This document shows positions 14,001 to 26,557 of a stretch of 64,000 nt of DNA, piece after piece. The notes beneath the pieces were generated by a model. That model saw only the letters and a program-made list of their open reading frames with translations, did no database searches and was not told the DNA's origin. The stretch lies in the NCBI RefSeq assembly GCF_964355755.1, contig NC_092671.1, forward strand, positions 40,434,304 to 40,498,303, written 5' to 3'. Positions within the stretch are counted from its first letter, which is position 1; every line of letters starts with the position of its first letter. The position numbers and the translations under genes were made by a program. Source of the stretch: Antedon mediterranea (lineage: Eukaryota; Animalia; Echinodermata).

Positions 14001-15904
14001 ATCATTAAAGTCTTTGCTAGTTTTTTAGTCTCTGGAATCTGTCTACTTTTAACATGGATATTCTTCTTATAATCTGGCATATTTCTTATATTACCATGCC
14101 AAGTCTATAAATAGAAACAGGCGACATTGCAGTTTATTTTTGTAAAAAAATGATTTCAAATCCGTAAATAAATCTATAAAAAAAATATTTATTGTATAAA
14201 AAAAAGATTTCAAGTGAAAGAAAAAAATTGTTTTTCTATTTTTTCCTTTTTTACTACAAAAGAATTTTGTATAAAAATCGAAATAAGTTAATTAAGCTAA
14301 ATGCATTGCACATATTAAAACAAATTAGCTAAATCTGAACAAAAACTTAGATTCATACCTTTTGGCGTTGACGTTGTACATGTGGTTGCTGGTACGTATT
14401 CTGATTATAATGGTAATTATTCATAGGATAGTGACCCATCTTGGAGCCATAGCTCATGCTATAACCAGTATGATAATTTGGCATAGAGGTAGCATTTGAT
14501 AGTGGGCCATGGTTTACAAAAGCATTATAAGAATTTGGTGCATTATATTGAGGCGGCATATCTCTGGCATCCCTTTTGCTGCCATAAGTCTGGTCGTGGT
14601 ACTGGCCTGAGAAGGTGTGGGGTTGTTGAGGTGGGTAGTGTTGGGGATGTGTATTGGCAAACACTGGTGGTGGATGCTGCTGCTGTTGGTAGACATTGGA
14701 GTTGTTTATTTGTTGCGGATATGCTGGATGGTATGATTGTGGAGCATGACCGTGCGGTGGAGCATGACCGTGAGGTGGGTGACCTTGCCATCGTGGGTCA
14801 TTTGATGATCCATTGGACGCGCTGAAAGAAAACAAAATTACATAAAATTAATTTAGATTCTCTTTTTCCATTTGAATGAAAAATAATTTATATTTTAACA
14901 TCAATCTTTGGAATTTATTCTGAAGACACAGTAACTTGGAAGAAATTTAAATTACTTGATTTATTGTTGTTTGTAAACCACAGTAAACTATAAATATTGT
15001 ATTGATGTCTACACAAGTTGGTAATGAGGTAGGGGTTGCTGAGGGTGTTGTGTGTTCGGCCTGAGTGTCAGAAAAACCAACTTAAAAACAAACCTTTCAG
15101 CAACAAATGGAAAACAGCTCGTCATGTATCTTGGTAATTCAGTTAGTGTAGGCTGTGACATATTGTGGTTTTGTGTAGTTCCTGTGTATTGCTGCTTGCT
15201 GTAATAATCTTGTCCATGATATGACATCCCAGCAGGTTTACTGTTAGATCCTGGCACAAATGGTTCAACTTCAGCAGACAAAGCTGTGTCCTTTAAAAGG
15301 GATAGGAAATCGTGAATCCTATTTCGTTTTTTCAATTTAATTTATGTAAATAATATATTTAAAAATATATATAAAATGTAAACAAGTGTACAATACAATA
15401 TTTATAACTACATAAACAGGTATTTTTATATATATGTTTATGTAGTTTACAAATGAAAGTAAGGATAAGCCACAAAATTATACTGTCTGAGTCATTTAGT
15501 ACTGGAAAAGATTAACTAGGCCTAGGACTAGTTAGGCTAGGCCTAACTAACTTTTGTTTGTTTGGACTGAATTCTTTTAAATTTTAAATATTCAATTTAA
15601 TTATTAAGTATCTCATATATTCAACGTTTCGTAGTATTTTACATGTAACTAGCTCCATGTTATAATGAGTTTTAAATAAATAAGTATTTTTCAATCTTTT
15701 CGGAACTAGCCTCTAGGCCTAAGGTGTGGGCTTCATATCACGCGTCTGGGAAAGCAACCCGCCGCCTCGCGATGTTCTTTTCTCGGACCTCTACTACTGC
15801 TAGGCCTACAATTACTCAAAATGTGGGAATGAATTACTCAGAAATACAGTCTTATATCGAACTATTTACCATGATATTCTTACCTGCATAGATTTTCGGT
15901 CCAT
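5009..15904 (-). CDS. SECISBP2L: SECIS-binding protein 2-like (selenocysteine insertion factor)
   Basis: Phase-consistent exons (minus strand): 15904-15884, 15290-15094, 14821-14359, 14104-13978, 13562-12769, 12358-12194, 11907-11791, 11433-11344, 11136-10979, 10854-10778 (first donor of array; could extend to 9104), 8868-8664, 8279-8174, 7742-7628, 6307-6153, 5692-5009. Motifs: MDR..LSAEVEPFVP, FDLGDMLAALE, SID KKRGKERE..KKKPSALKKVILKERE, KIHSRRFREYCNQVL, L7Ae domain RIVMGLREVTKHLKL..VFALGRKALG, and SBP2L-type SFSSVISEPISE. Confidence 0.95.
5720..5916. mobile_element. Harbinger-like MITE family A
   Basis: TIR AGCTCTGTCTACACTAT...GTGTAGAAAGAGCT flanked by TAA/TTA; internal core duplicated in this copy. 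Confidence 0.85.
6345..7572 (+). mobile_element. Degenerate SINE interrupted by a DNA transposon
   Basis: B-box-like GGTTTGAATCC, central CCTCTCTCCACCCAGGTGTATAAAT, and an L2-type tail AAGCACCTTTGAG...GTGCTATAGAAAT..TATTATTATT that resumes after 7544. Family assignment is from resemblance only. Confidence 0.5.
6570..7535. mobile_element. Non-autonomous DNA transposon with TAG...CTA termini and 9-bp TSD (Academ-like)
   Basis: Exact direct repeat ATGAAATGG at 6561-6569 and 7536-7544; ends TAGTCTGGGTTCCAGAC and CAGACTTGGGGCAAGTCTA; interior richer in CpG than flanks; no transposase ORF. Confidence 0.75.
9090..10820 (-). repeat. 54-bp tandem array x 32 spanning a SECISBP2L exon/donor junction
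   Basis: Minus-strand unit AACATGAACACAGCCGATACTAGCCTGGGTCTGTCACAAGAAG|GTAAGGATTTA; translates to (MNTADTSLGLSQEGKDLN)32 in frame with the exon beginning at 10854. Confidence 0.98.
11546..11724. mobile_element. Harbinger-like MITE family B
   Basis: TIR AGCTTGGTTCCCACTAG / CTAGTGGGAACCACGCT with TTA flanks; palindromic interior; near-identical inverted copy at 27666-27844. Confidence 0.85.
12072..12183. mobile_element. Harbinger-like MITE family A
   Basis: CTCTGTCTACACTATCAAAC...GTTTGATAGTGTAGACAGAGCT, about 10 nt from a SECISBP2L donor. Confidence 0.85.
12425..12605. mobile_element. Harbinger-like MITE family C
   Basis: Imperfect TIR AGGCCAATTTAAACAGACGAGCGGTAACGGTAA / TTACCATTACTGCTCGTCTGTGTAAACTGGTCT with TTA flanks. 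Confidence 0.7.
13685..13828. repeat. Minisatellite, 20 bp x 7
   Basis: TCAACACAGCCTCTATCAAA repeated in a SECISBP2L intron. Confidence 0.95.
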
Positions 15905-17236
15905 GTTTGCTTCTTAGACATTCTTATTAATAACTTAAATACGTAACAAAAATCATTTTACATCATAAACACGCCTCTGATCGGTGAACGATGTACAAAT
16001 GATGATAAACACAATTCGCGTTGCGATTTATTTCTCGTGTTAGAGATTACGTCATGAAACCAAAATACACTTGTGAGCACATTATATGTGCTGAGTACAT
16101 ATAAATCTTTTGTGTATCGGGCGTATGCTTTTTTCCGGGTCTTTTTCTTTGAATATGACGATATAAATAAAATAATAATAATACAATATATATAAAATGT
16201 TTATCAAAAAAATGTTAAAGCTGCTCATCAGTTTTAATTTTTCAGATAGAGACCAGACAACAAAAATTACTCAACTGCTGAACGAACCTCATATCCGATC
16301 TATCGCATTGATTGGAATTGAGGGGGTGGGGGCCAAAATGTATTTCTCCTTCCATATGATTACCTACTTTCGGTAGTAAATATCCCTGTACAGTATGTCC
16401 AATCTTTGTCAATCATAACTTTTAGTATATTCAGTTTGAAAACGACAAATACTTCAAACACTGTATCCAACTCATGTTATGTTCTGTTTATTGTTTTTTA
16501 AACAAAGTTCTTAGCTTGTTAGTTATTTATTGTTTTTTAAACAAAGTTCTTAGCTTGATAGCTATTTATTGTTTTTTAAACAAAGTTCCTAGCTTGATAA
16601 TAGTCATGACGTGTACCTTGTAAGAGGACACAGTAATGAATAATACTGTTTCTCATCTGGAAGTGTGTTCAACCATCCGACATGATGCATGTTCAAAATA
16701 CTGTATATTATAATTATTCATAATATTAAATGTCACTGCACTTTCTATTATTAGATGCAATAGCTTCAATATATCCTTGTTGTAAACTGTAACATTATAA
16801 GTTATGTACATTTGTAGGGAATAAAGACAGGAAATATTTATGAACTTTAAATGTTACATTAGTACATAAAGGTATATAATATTTAAACATAATTAATGAT
16901 TTATCATAATAATAATATTACATGTCACTGGACTTTCTGCAGATATATCCTTGTACTGACATTTAAAAATAAACAGGTTATAAACAAGTTATATACCTTT
17001 GTAATAAAGAAAATTAAGAAAAACAATATCTATGAACTTAAATTATTTAGTACATAAAAGTATTTAATATTTAAACAAGGCATGCGTGTATACACACAGT
17101 AAGACACCAACTTACAAATCAACATAAAAACATATCCTTAAAAGCATTGTGCAATGTATCTTTGCCAAATAAATTTATTTTACAATATAATTACATTGTT
17201 AAAAACATAAATTATCCTGATAGTTTAAAAAGTGTT

Positions 17237-18901
17237 CTACTTTAAATAGCCAGTGAGGCTATTAGCAGCAGTTGATGAAAGTTGACCAATTTTATCAGGT
17301 GATGATGCCAGACTATCAAAGGACCATTTCACTCCTAAAACATAAACAACAGTTAATATTATCAAAAGAATATATGAATATTTAATGTATTTAAAATGTA
17401 ATTGTTATTGTATGTTTTCTATAATCTAAAACAACAACAACAATGTTTTCTAACTTATGAATATTCACTTTTATGCATACATTTCTTTTATCATGGACCA
17501 TTTGTAAGAACATTATTTTTAATGAAAATGTCATCCATGTAAAATAAGTTTATAAATAAATAAATAAAAAAAAAAAAAAAGTAAATGCAAGAATTTGAAT
17601 GGAAACGAAAGAATTTACGAATTAAGAGACGTTTGCAATGTAACTTAAAAATAAAATGTATATGATAAAAAGGATCGACACAATTCAGAAACATTTTCAA
17701 CAACAAATGAGTAAAATTAACTAAGTACAAAGCACCAAACTAAATATTTCCTGTCACCCTTTGGTGCTTTGTATTTTGTTAATTTTATTCATTTGTTCTT
17801 GAGAATGGTGCCATGATGGTTCTGAATTGTTTCCATCTTTTTTATCATATAATTTTATTTTAAAGAATGGTGGCAAAATTAAGTCCATTCAATTGATAAG
17901 ACATTTGTATGCTCTTTGATGGAATAAGGGGCGGATCCAGGGGTGCAGAGGCAGGGCCACTATTTCAAAATCATGGGTCTGTTTAAACTTTACCTGAATT
18001 CCATTTTTCTAACACCAAATTGGATACATTGTTTTTATCTGGCACCTACAAAAAAATGTAAAAAAACAGCACATTACAACTCGATACCTTGAACATTTTG
18101 AAACAATATCATTTTAACCAAATTTAAACATCAATGATATTCAGTGTTAAAGTTGAGATTGTACTTAATGTAGTTAGATTGTTTGTACCTGCTCAAAGTA
18201 ATTGTCTTTTACAGTTATTGAACTGGTCAACCTTGTTAATGCTAGAGATGATTGATCAGACTGAGACCACACCCCTTCTACGGCTGTGACGTATATGGCT
18301 CCTACTCCTATGCCAAGTTTCACAACATTCCTATATGACAAACAATAATATATCAAAGTTAAGGCTACTCTAGAAAGATACTTTTTTGGTTGTTTGTTTA
18401 TGTTTGTCTTTATAAAAATTAATAAATTTAAAACCTATTTATTAGGTATATTTATTATTATTTGCAATTTAAATTACCCTCCTAGCTAGTAGTAGTACTA
18501 GTAGATTACATAAATACAATTTGATATACGGTAACACTTAGACCTTGTTTTCTCTAGTTTTGATTTGGGCCCACTATTTCTTCTTAAGCTATGGTAGGCT
18601 GGCTGTGCACAGGATCAAGCATGCACAAGCATTCCCCTCTCCGCGCGTCGGTCGGCCTAGGCCTAGGCTAGTAGGTAGTACTAGTTACTAGGCCTAGCCT
18701 AGTACTAGTAGGCTAGCCGCGTGGGCCTAGCTACAAAATTAGGATGCATTATACAAGGTATAATTTATATTTGATCTTTAATGCCTTGTTAAAATACAAG
18801 AATATATATAATTGTTTGTAACAAGCAAAAATACAGTATTTAATACAAGGCCCTATGTTATCTTATAAAATCACATCCTACTTTAACAAACCAGCGGCCA
18901 T
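17237..18901 (-). CDS. MICOS13: MICOS complex subunit MIC13 (QIL1), about 103 aa
   Basis: Exons 18901-18882, 18330-18189, 18045-17994, 17334-17237; MAAGLLKNVVKLGIGVGAIYVTAVEGVWSQS (GxxxG TM segment and GVW) and the conserved WNSGV motif. Confidence 0.88.
17646..17862. mobile_element. Palindromic MITE-like element in MICOS13 intron
   Basis: About 100-bp imperfect inverted arms (TATATGATAAAAAGGAT...TACAAAGCACCAAA / TTTGGTGCTTTGTA...ATCTTTTTTATCATATA) around a short loop. Confidence 0.65.
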
Positions 18902-18925
18902 GTTTCGTTCCGGCTATATTATATC

Positions 18926-21010
18926 GAGGTATATTCAGAGCATCATTTCGACGATCGAGCATTCTCTACTTCTACGGAGCGCCATTTATGCCTTTATTTA
19001 CTTCCGAAATAGAAATAGTACTACGGTAACTCTGGTTCAGTGGACCAAATTTAGCACCAGCATACAGTGCTATAAAATAGAAATAAGTCACTAATTTTAA
19101 TATCTTTTCGTAAGTTAATACACTGTGCTCAAGTGGACCTAATTTGGCTCAGGGAGATAGCAGAGAAATAGTCACATACAAAAACATCGAGAAAAAATAC
19201 ATCTGGAATTTAAAAATATTTCAAACTTGGTATATATGTTCAATATTGGTTACTCCATCCGTAAACCAAAAGAAACAATAGTTTCAAGGCACATCAGTGA
19301 TTTTAATAACTTGCGTTTGCTTAAGATAATACTTATAAAAAAAACATACAATTCCGACGCATATGTTAAACTCTAATAATGATTTTTACAAAAAAAAAAC
19401 GGTTAGGAATTCGATTTTTTCCCTGTAAATTGAGCAACTAAACTTAAAAATACACCAAGAAATATATATTGAATTCGAGGTGTATTTTTGTTTTACAAAA
19501 GAAATGTTCGTATGTTAATACACTGTGCTCCAGTTGATCCAATTTGGCACCAATGGGAGCACAGGGAAATAGTCACATACAAAAACATTGAGAAAAAATA
19601 CTTCTGGATTTAAAAAATATTTCAAACTTGGTATATATGTTCAATATCGGTTACTCCATCCGTAAACCAAAAGAAACAATAGTTTCAAGGCACATCAATG
19701 ATTTTAATAACTTGCGTTTGCTTAAGATAATACTTATAAAAAAAACATACAATTCCGACGCATATGTTAAACTCTAATAATGATTTTTACACAAAAAAAA
19801 ACGGTAAGGAATTCGATTTTTCCCTGTAAATTGAGCAACTAAAATTAAAAATACACCAAGAAATATATATTGAATTCGAGGTGTATTTTTGTTTTACAAA
19901 AGAAATGTTCGTATGTTAATACACTGTGCTCAAGTGGACCCAATTTGGCACCAATGGGAGCACAGGGAAATAGTCACATACAAAAACATCGAGAAAAAAT
20001 ACTTCTGAATTTTAAAAATATTTCAAACTTGGTATATATGTTCAATATCAGTGATTTTAGTAATTTCGTTCGTTTAAAATGTATATTTACGGATGGAGTA
20101 ACCGATATTGAACATAATATATACCAAGTTTGAAATATTTTTAAATTCCAGAAGTATTTTTTCTCGATGTTTTTGTATGTGACTATTTCCCTGTGCTCCC
20201 ATTGGTGCCAAATTGGGTCCACTTGAGCACAATGTATTAACATACAAAAAGATATTATAATTTAGTGACTTTTTTCTATTTTATATCAATGTGCTCACTG
20301 GCACGCGCGCCAAATTGGGTCCACGTATTAACATACGAAAATATATTAACATTCAGTGACTTATTTCTATTTTATATCACTGTGCTCTCCTGGCGCCAAA
20401 TTGGCTCCACTTGAGCACAGTGTATTAACATACGAAAAGATATTAAAATTCAGTGACTTATTTCTATTTCATATTACTGTGCTCTACTGGCGCCAAATTG
20501 GGTCCACTTGAGCACAGTGTATTAACATACGAAAAGATATTAAAATTCAGTGACTTTTTTCTATTTTATATCACTGTGCTCCACTGGCTCCAAATTGGGT
20601 CCACTTGAGCACAGTGTATTAACATACGAAAAGATATTAAAATTCAGTGACTTTTTTCTATTTTATATCACTGTGCTCCCCTGGCTCCCAATTGGGCCCA
20701 CTTGAGCACAGTGTTATTAACATACGAAAAGATATTAAAATTCAGTGACTTATTTCTATTTCATATCACTGTGCTCCTCACTGGCGCCAAATTGTGTCCA
20801 CTTAAGCACAGTGTATTAACACACGAAAAGATATTAAAATTAGTGACTTATTTCTATTTTATATCACTGTGCTCCACCGGTGCTAAATTTGGTCCACTGG
20901 AGCAGTTACCGTAGTACTATTTCTAAATTCGGAAGTAAATAAAGGCATAAATGGCGCTCCGTAGAAGTAGAGAATGCTCAATCGTCGAAATGACGCTCTG
21001 AATATACCTC
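18926..21010. mobile_element. 2.1-kb foldback (long inverted repeat) element with internal tandem repeats
   Basis: Arms begin GAGGTATATTCAGAGC (18926) and end GCTCTGAATATACCTC (21010); about 400-bp direct repeats on the left (19113, 19513, 19914) and about 97-bp units x 7 on the right (20220-20900); centre near 20070; no ORF, no clear TSD. Confidence 0.8.
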
Positions 21011-21687
21011 CCTTTTTATTTGTATTGATTGTAATGTTGATTGTTTGATACAATAAAGAAGAAGAGGTTTTGGTTGTTTTTGTAATATAGAGGGATTAGG
21101 TATGAAACGCCAAATACGCATAATATTTACTCGCATCACATACATGATACTCATATGGTTCGTGGTTCACTTTAAAAAGAACATATGGCTAGTGGAAAGA
21201 TCCCAATCCGGTAGTAGACCCTGTTATAGCCAAAGCAAACATTTTCTAAACATAAACCCATGATAAAATTGAAATATATTACTTTTATCAGTAAATCATC
21301 ATTTGAAATAAAGTGGTGTATTTTAAAGACAATTGGTTTATAGTCATTAATCATAATCAAGTTAATATACTAAATTAAAATTGTTTAATTCATTGTCTTT
21401 ATTTCCTTTTATTAAAAATACAACAAATTTTCGACATAAGTGGAGATCCTCCTACATCTTTATAGAATATTTATCCTATGTACAAAGTTGTTTTGAGATC
21501 ATGCTTATCAGAAACTCTACAAAAGATCTTAAATAGTTGCAGAAAAAGACATTTTGGACCAGTTTAACGTTGTTTGGTATTTCACTGTATGATTATTAAA
21601 TACAATTCTAGTAGTGAGTTTTTGACTTCTTAAAATGATATTTTAAATGTTGAATAACAGCTATCCTGCAAATGCTGCATGACTGAT

Positions 21688-22965
21688 TCATCTTTTTTCT
21701 ATTTTACGAAGATGTTTCTTTTTCATTCTTTTAATTTTTGCTGTTTTCGTAATCTAAAGAAAAAATTAATGATAAACAATTAGGTAAAAAATAAAAGTGT
21801 CAATGAAGTATTGTTTTATCGTTTTATTATAACTTTATGAAAGAAGAATAGATGGAAGAGATTGTAGACATGCAACCAAGAGTAAAAGCAGTAAATTATA
21901 TATCAATTTTAATTTAATATTCAGGAACATGGCTTAATATTCAGGAACATGGCTTAATATTCAGGAACATGGCTTAATATTCAGGAACATGGCTTAATAT
22001 TCAGGAACATGGCTTAATATTCAGGAACATGGCTTAATATTCAGCAACATGGCTTAATATTCAGCAACATGGCTTAATATTCAGCAACATGGCTTTAGTT
22101 GAAATTTGAATGAGAACTACTAAAATCATGGCCTTGAAAGGAATGACAAAATACTTACAACTTGTACCACTTCATGTTTACGTTCATTTTCCAATTTACG
22201 TTTTAAATTCTCTTCCCGCCTTTGTTTTTTTAACTTAAAAAACAAAACAAAATATGGCTCATTTGAGTTCCAGATGTACTTTGATGTGTTATCTTATTTA
22301 TTTATAACAGGTCAATTAAATAACCGAACCTAATTAGCAAACTATAGTAGTAGTATATTGTTAAATACCATCACATAGCATTTTAATGTGTTAAGGCTCT
22401 TTTTCTATATTTCCTGTATAAAATCAAGCTTTTTCACTTTAATAAGAAGTACAGTACACAATTTGTTATTTTTCATTTTAACCTGTTGATGTATGTGGTT
22501 ACCTCAATTGCATCTCTTTTAGCTTGTTTCAACTCTTGTTCATAGTTCTTTATAGATTGCTTTTCTGCTTTATCTTTCATCTTTCTTCTCCATGAACTCC
22601 TTAAAGGCTTGTCATTTTTTAAACCAGAAAATCTGAAAGATGACATTTTTTTTCAGGTGACAACTATTATTATATAGTTTTTCTGCAATTGTGCTTTACA
22701 GGTATCGTTACAGATTTTTTTAAACAAGAATTTAAAGACAACATATTTCAGGTATTAATGTTTTTTAAAATATAATATAATTATTAATATAAATTATAAT
22801 TATTGAGAAACTTTAACATAATAAAACATTCTCCATCATTTATTACCTTTTTGTTTGCTCAGTCTTCCAAAGTCTACCCGATTTCGGTCTTCCTTTTGGT
22901 TCCTTCATCGATTGTTTTTTGTACAAACATATTTTATTAATAATATTAAGTGTATCTTCTTCCAT
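21688..22965 (-). CDS. CCDC86: Coiled-coil domain protein 86 (Cgr1-like nucleolar protein), about 129 aa
   Basis: Exons 22965-22847, 22632-22503, 22233-22159, 21753-21688; PKGRPKSGRLWK..KRFS..DKPLRSSWRRKM..RREENLKRKLENERKHEVVQVI..KIKRMKKKHLRKIEKR*. Missed by the ORF track because exons are short. Confidence 0.92.
21916..22095. repeat. Minisatellite, 20 bp x 9
   Basis: TAATATTCAG(G/C)AACATGGCT in the last CCDC86 intron; last three copies share a G>C variant. Confidence 0.95.
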
Positions 22966-24671
22966 TTTCTTTAATACAAAATAAAACAGATTTTTAACCT
23001 TATATGATTGAATAAGAAGTACTGAATTTGATTAGTAGTTTTCTTCTATGTTGTGCATCAGCATTCTAAAAGTACTTGAATCACTTTACTAATACAATAA
23101 ATACAAAAACAGGGCGAAATGACCTTCCCACTCTCCAACAAGTGTCGGGAAGTGATTGAAATTGAAAGCGATCCGTCTTATTTCTACTGCGTAGGCTTAC
23201 GTACGTACGGATGCCTTTAATTTAACATATGTACGTACGGTATTCAACACTTATTTATCTCTATTTGAAGCAATAATCGACTTACCTATTTGTAGGCCTA
23301 ATATGTAATATAATAATTAATATAATATTAAATAAATACTGAACTAAAATAGCCAACACGTGTGGAGTAGCCTACGTAACATTCATCATTTGTTTCTTTT
23401 TACATAGCGCCACCAGCGTTTTGGTTGATCAAAGTATGAAACGTCATATGTGCCAATATGTTTTTATTGTTTACGAATACTGTACTAAGCTGAATCGGCG
23501 TCAAAGAGCTGCTGGGCTTCCTTTTTAAAATGTTTGTGTTAAATTTAATGTTTCAACTTATATTAATTGTTCAATACGTTGTTTTTTATAGGGTCGCAAA
23601 CACATGCGTGTTACAAATGTAACTAGGAGGTAACACAAACGTACGTATTTTTCGTTTATAGAGACTATGAGGACATTTGAGGTAACAATTACTTAACAAT
23701 TTCGTCGCGTTCCGTAGTAGTTCAGAAGAATACCCATGTCTTTCAGACAGTGTGATTATTTTTACACCTTATCGCGCTTTTTTATTCTAAATTAATATCA
23801 TACCGTAGATCTTGTGCACTCTCAACTTAATTGTAGGCATTTGTCGACTTCGTGAGATGAAGATCAAGGATGGAGTACATTTACAAATGATAACATCCGC
23901 ACTTTCAGATAGACTTAATTTATACAATCGGTGTTTTACGCTAGTGGAATACAAAGGTTAAAGCTTTCACCCATTGACAGTTTGAATGATTTTTATGATT
24001 ATTAATTAGTACATATACTTATTCATCTTCCCGTATATATATTTATTTTTTCGTTTATAACAACGGTAACAATTAGCAAAAAAAAATGTCGCAATTATAA
24101 TGCAATAAAGACAGACAACGTAACAGCTGTGTTCCATTTTGCGACCCATCATCTACATCAAACCAAGAAAGCCGCTCAATTACTTAGAAATGTTCAACAG
24201 TTTAAGCGCTTTGATCTCGATAATAGAGTTACAATTAAGGAGTTATATTAATCATTAATATTCTAAGTGTTGATACTTAAGATAGATGTATTCTCATGAA
24301 ATTATCGACACTTTCAGTTTTAGATTACGAGGGATAAACAAACACTATTTTGACCAGCAATCTGTTTAATTGCCCTAATACCAAACAAACATCGTCAGTC
24401 CTCATTATCAGCGACGACGTAGGGACAAAGTTTACATCGCTTAATGCGTGTTCAGTTGAATATGCTACATCAAGACAACATGTCGTGTTTTAAATCGGTT
24501 GAATATACGTACTACACCAAGACACGTGTTTTAAATGTTATACTTTAATTTATATGTGAAATTACAGTTTGAATGTGATAAATGGGACAATTGGTTAAAG
24601 AGTTGCTTTAAAAAAGTGAAGAGTAAATTAATTCTAGTGAGGATTTTAAACTAAATACCTATGCGGTAATA

Positions 24672-25751
24672 ATGAATTTATCAATAAACCCAACATTGGA
24701 TTTCTTTGGTAGCTGTATTGGTGACTTCAAAACTTACCATGAGAACGTTGTACAACACGTTGCTCTCATATGTATTCTTACACTTATGTCAATCTGGTGT
24801 CTTATCACATTACTCTGCAATTTATTTGTTGTTTGTGCTGTTATACAAAGTGAGGATTTACACAATGTGGCCTACTACTTTCTCGTAAATCTAACCATTC
24901 CTGCTATGTTTATTTCTGTTGTTTCGCAACCTTTTATCGCCTGGCTGATGTGGGTAAATTGGTGCACTCGTTCCGAAACAACTTGTTACTTGTTTTCGAT
25001 ATCCATCGATTTTGGATTCACGAGTTTTCTGTTTAGTACTCTTGCATACACTACTGCCAGACATCACGCGATATTTCGTCCATTTGTTTACCAAGCACGA
25101 ATGTCTTCTAAACGCTTTCTTACTTTGATTACAACATCTTGGATCCTAAGTGCCATTGCAACATCACTGCCGACAATAGACTGGATGCCATGTCAAAGAT
25201 TCGAACCTATTGGTGATCTATCAATACTAAAACCATACGATACACATTGTAACTGCTACCCGTCGTGGCTGGTTCGCAATAAGCCACTTACACTAACAAG
25301 GCTCTATGTTTTAATTTTACCAACGATAATCTTAATATTCGTGTTAGATTTTCATACGATTCACATTGCAAACGTTAAAGCCAAGAGGTTGGCCAATATG
25401 AGAGCTCGCTACACACAATGTTCAGAGACATCTAGTAATGATTCAATAGATTATGAAGATGGACGAAAGCGTACAATGTTGCTGATATATCTCTGTGCCT
25501 CGTTTGTTGCATGCTGGTTACCATTTTTCATCATTATTCATGTATTAATATTTTACTCAGGCCCTGGTGACGTACCTCCTTGGGTTGTTTCATTCTTTAC
25601 AATGATGCCTCTGATGACAGCTAACATTGCACCCTTCCTTATTGCATACAGAAATAAAACTGTAAAGCGTCTGTTTAATAAATATTACACTTCTGTGGTA
25701 CGATTCTTTAAGAAAGGCAATATCGTATATCCTATATCAGTGGACACATAA
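24672..25751 (+). CDS. Intronless class A (rhodopsin-like) GPCR, orphan, 359 aa
   Basis: Seven hydrophobic segments; LCNLFV (TM1), YYFLVNL (TM2), RHHAIFRPFVY (TM3 end), W in TM4, FVACWLPFF (TM6), APFLIAYRN (TM7/helix 8). Confidence 0.9.
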   Translation: MNLSINPTLDFFGSCIGDFKTYHENVVQHVALICILTLMSIWCLITLLCNLFVVCAVIQSEDLHNVAYYFLVNLTIPAMFISVVSQPFIAWLMWVNWCTRSETTCYLFSISIDFGFTSFLFSTLAYTTARHHAIFRPFVYQARMSSKRFLTLITTSWILSAIATSLPTIDWMPCQRFEPIGDLSILKPYDTHCNCYPSWLVRNKPLTLTRLYVLILPTIILIFVLDFHTIHIANVKAKRLANMRARYTQCSETSSNDSIDYEDGRKRTMLLIYLCASFVACWLPFFIIIHVLIFYSGPGDVPPWVVSFFTMMPLMTANIAPFLIAYRNKTVKRLFNKYYTSVVRFFKKGNIVYPISVDT

Positions 25752-25783
25752 ACATTTAAATATGTCTTTTGATATCCGTATAA

Positions 25784-25937
25784 AGCTCTGTCTCCACTAT
25801 CAAACTTTGTGACAAAAACATGTGATGTGCCCATATATGGACATGATGATGTCATATCACTATCATATTTGGGCATATCGCCACCATAACTTTCACATCA
25901 CGCTTTGTTTTGTCAAACTGATAGTGTGGACAGAGCT
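25784..25937. mobile_element. Harbinger-like MITE family A
   Basis: Full TIR pair with TAA/TTA flanks, 32 nt after the GPCR stop codon. Confidence 0.85.
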
Positions 25938-26557
25938 TTAGTTGGAATCACCTTTGATTCGAATGCTTGATTATACAAAGAAACATGCTTATTTTTTGGA
26001 CATTAGACACTGAATAATTTGAACAGAATATTTTTCTTTTTCTCTATATTTACGAGATTCGATCAATAACAATACATAATGCCGCATCCTTCTAATATTT
26101 ACATTAACTTCGTTAAGTCATAATGAGAATGTGTATAATTGTATATAAAACTGTAATAAATGTTTAACATAGTAACATGAGAATCGATAGATAGATTTCG
26201 ACTCATCGATTTTCTAAACTCTTCTTGTATATTATTTAATCTTAACTACAATTAGATTACACTTTCAGAACAAATTTACATTCAGTGGTGCCACTATTGC
26301 ACAACTTTAGATAATACGATAAAACAGTAGAAATGCTAAACTATTATTATCAAAATATCATTATTATCCATTTTAATATTCTCATTTTCAAAACTATAAA
26401 TGTTGTCAACGTTGACTTTTTAAAGAAATAAACAAAATGAATGTAAGTCTACAAAATGCGAATTTCCATTAGAAAAACTCAACAACTCCGTCTTGAGTTT
26501 TTAAAATCCAATATGGTAGCTCGCGAAAAGTATTCTAAATTCTAAAACAACGATTTA

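Noticed and set aside
19870-20914. Short ORFs inside the foldback element
   Set aside because: Derived from repeat units on both strands; no transposase-like motifs.
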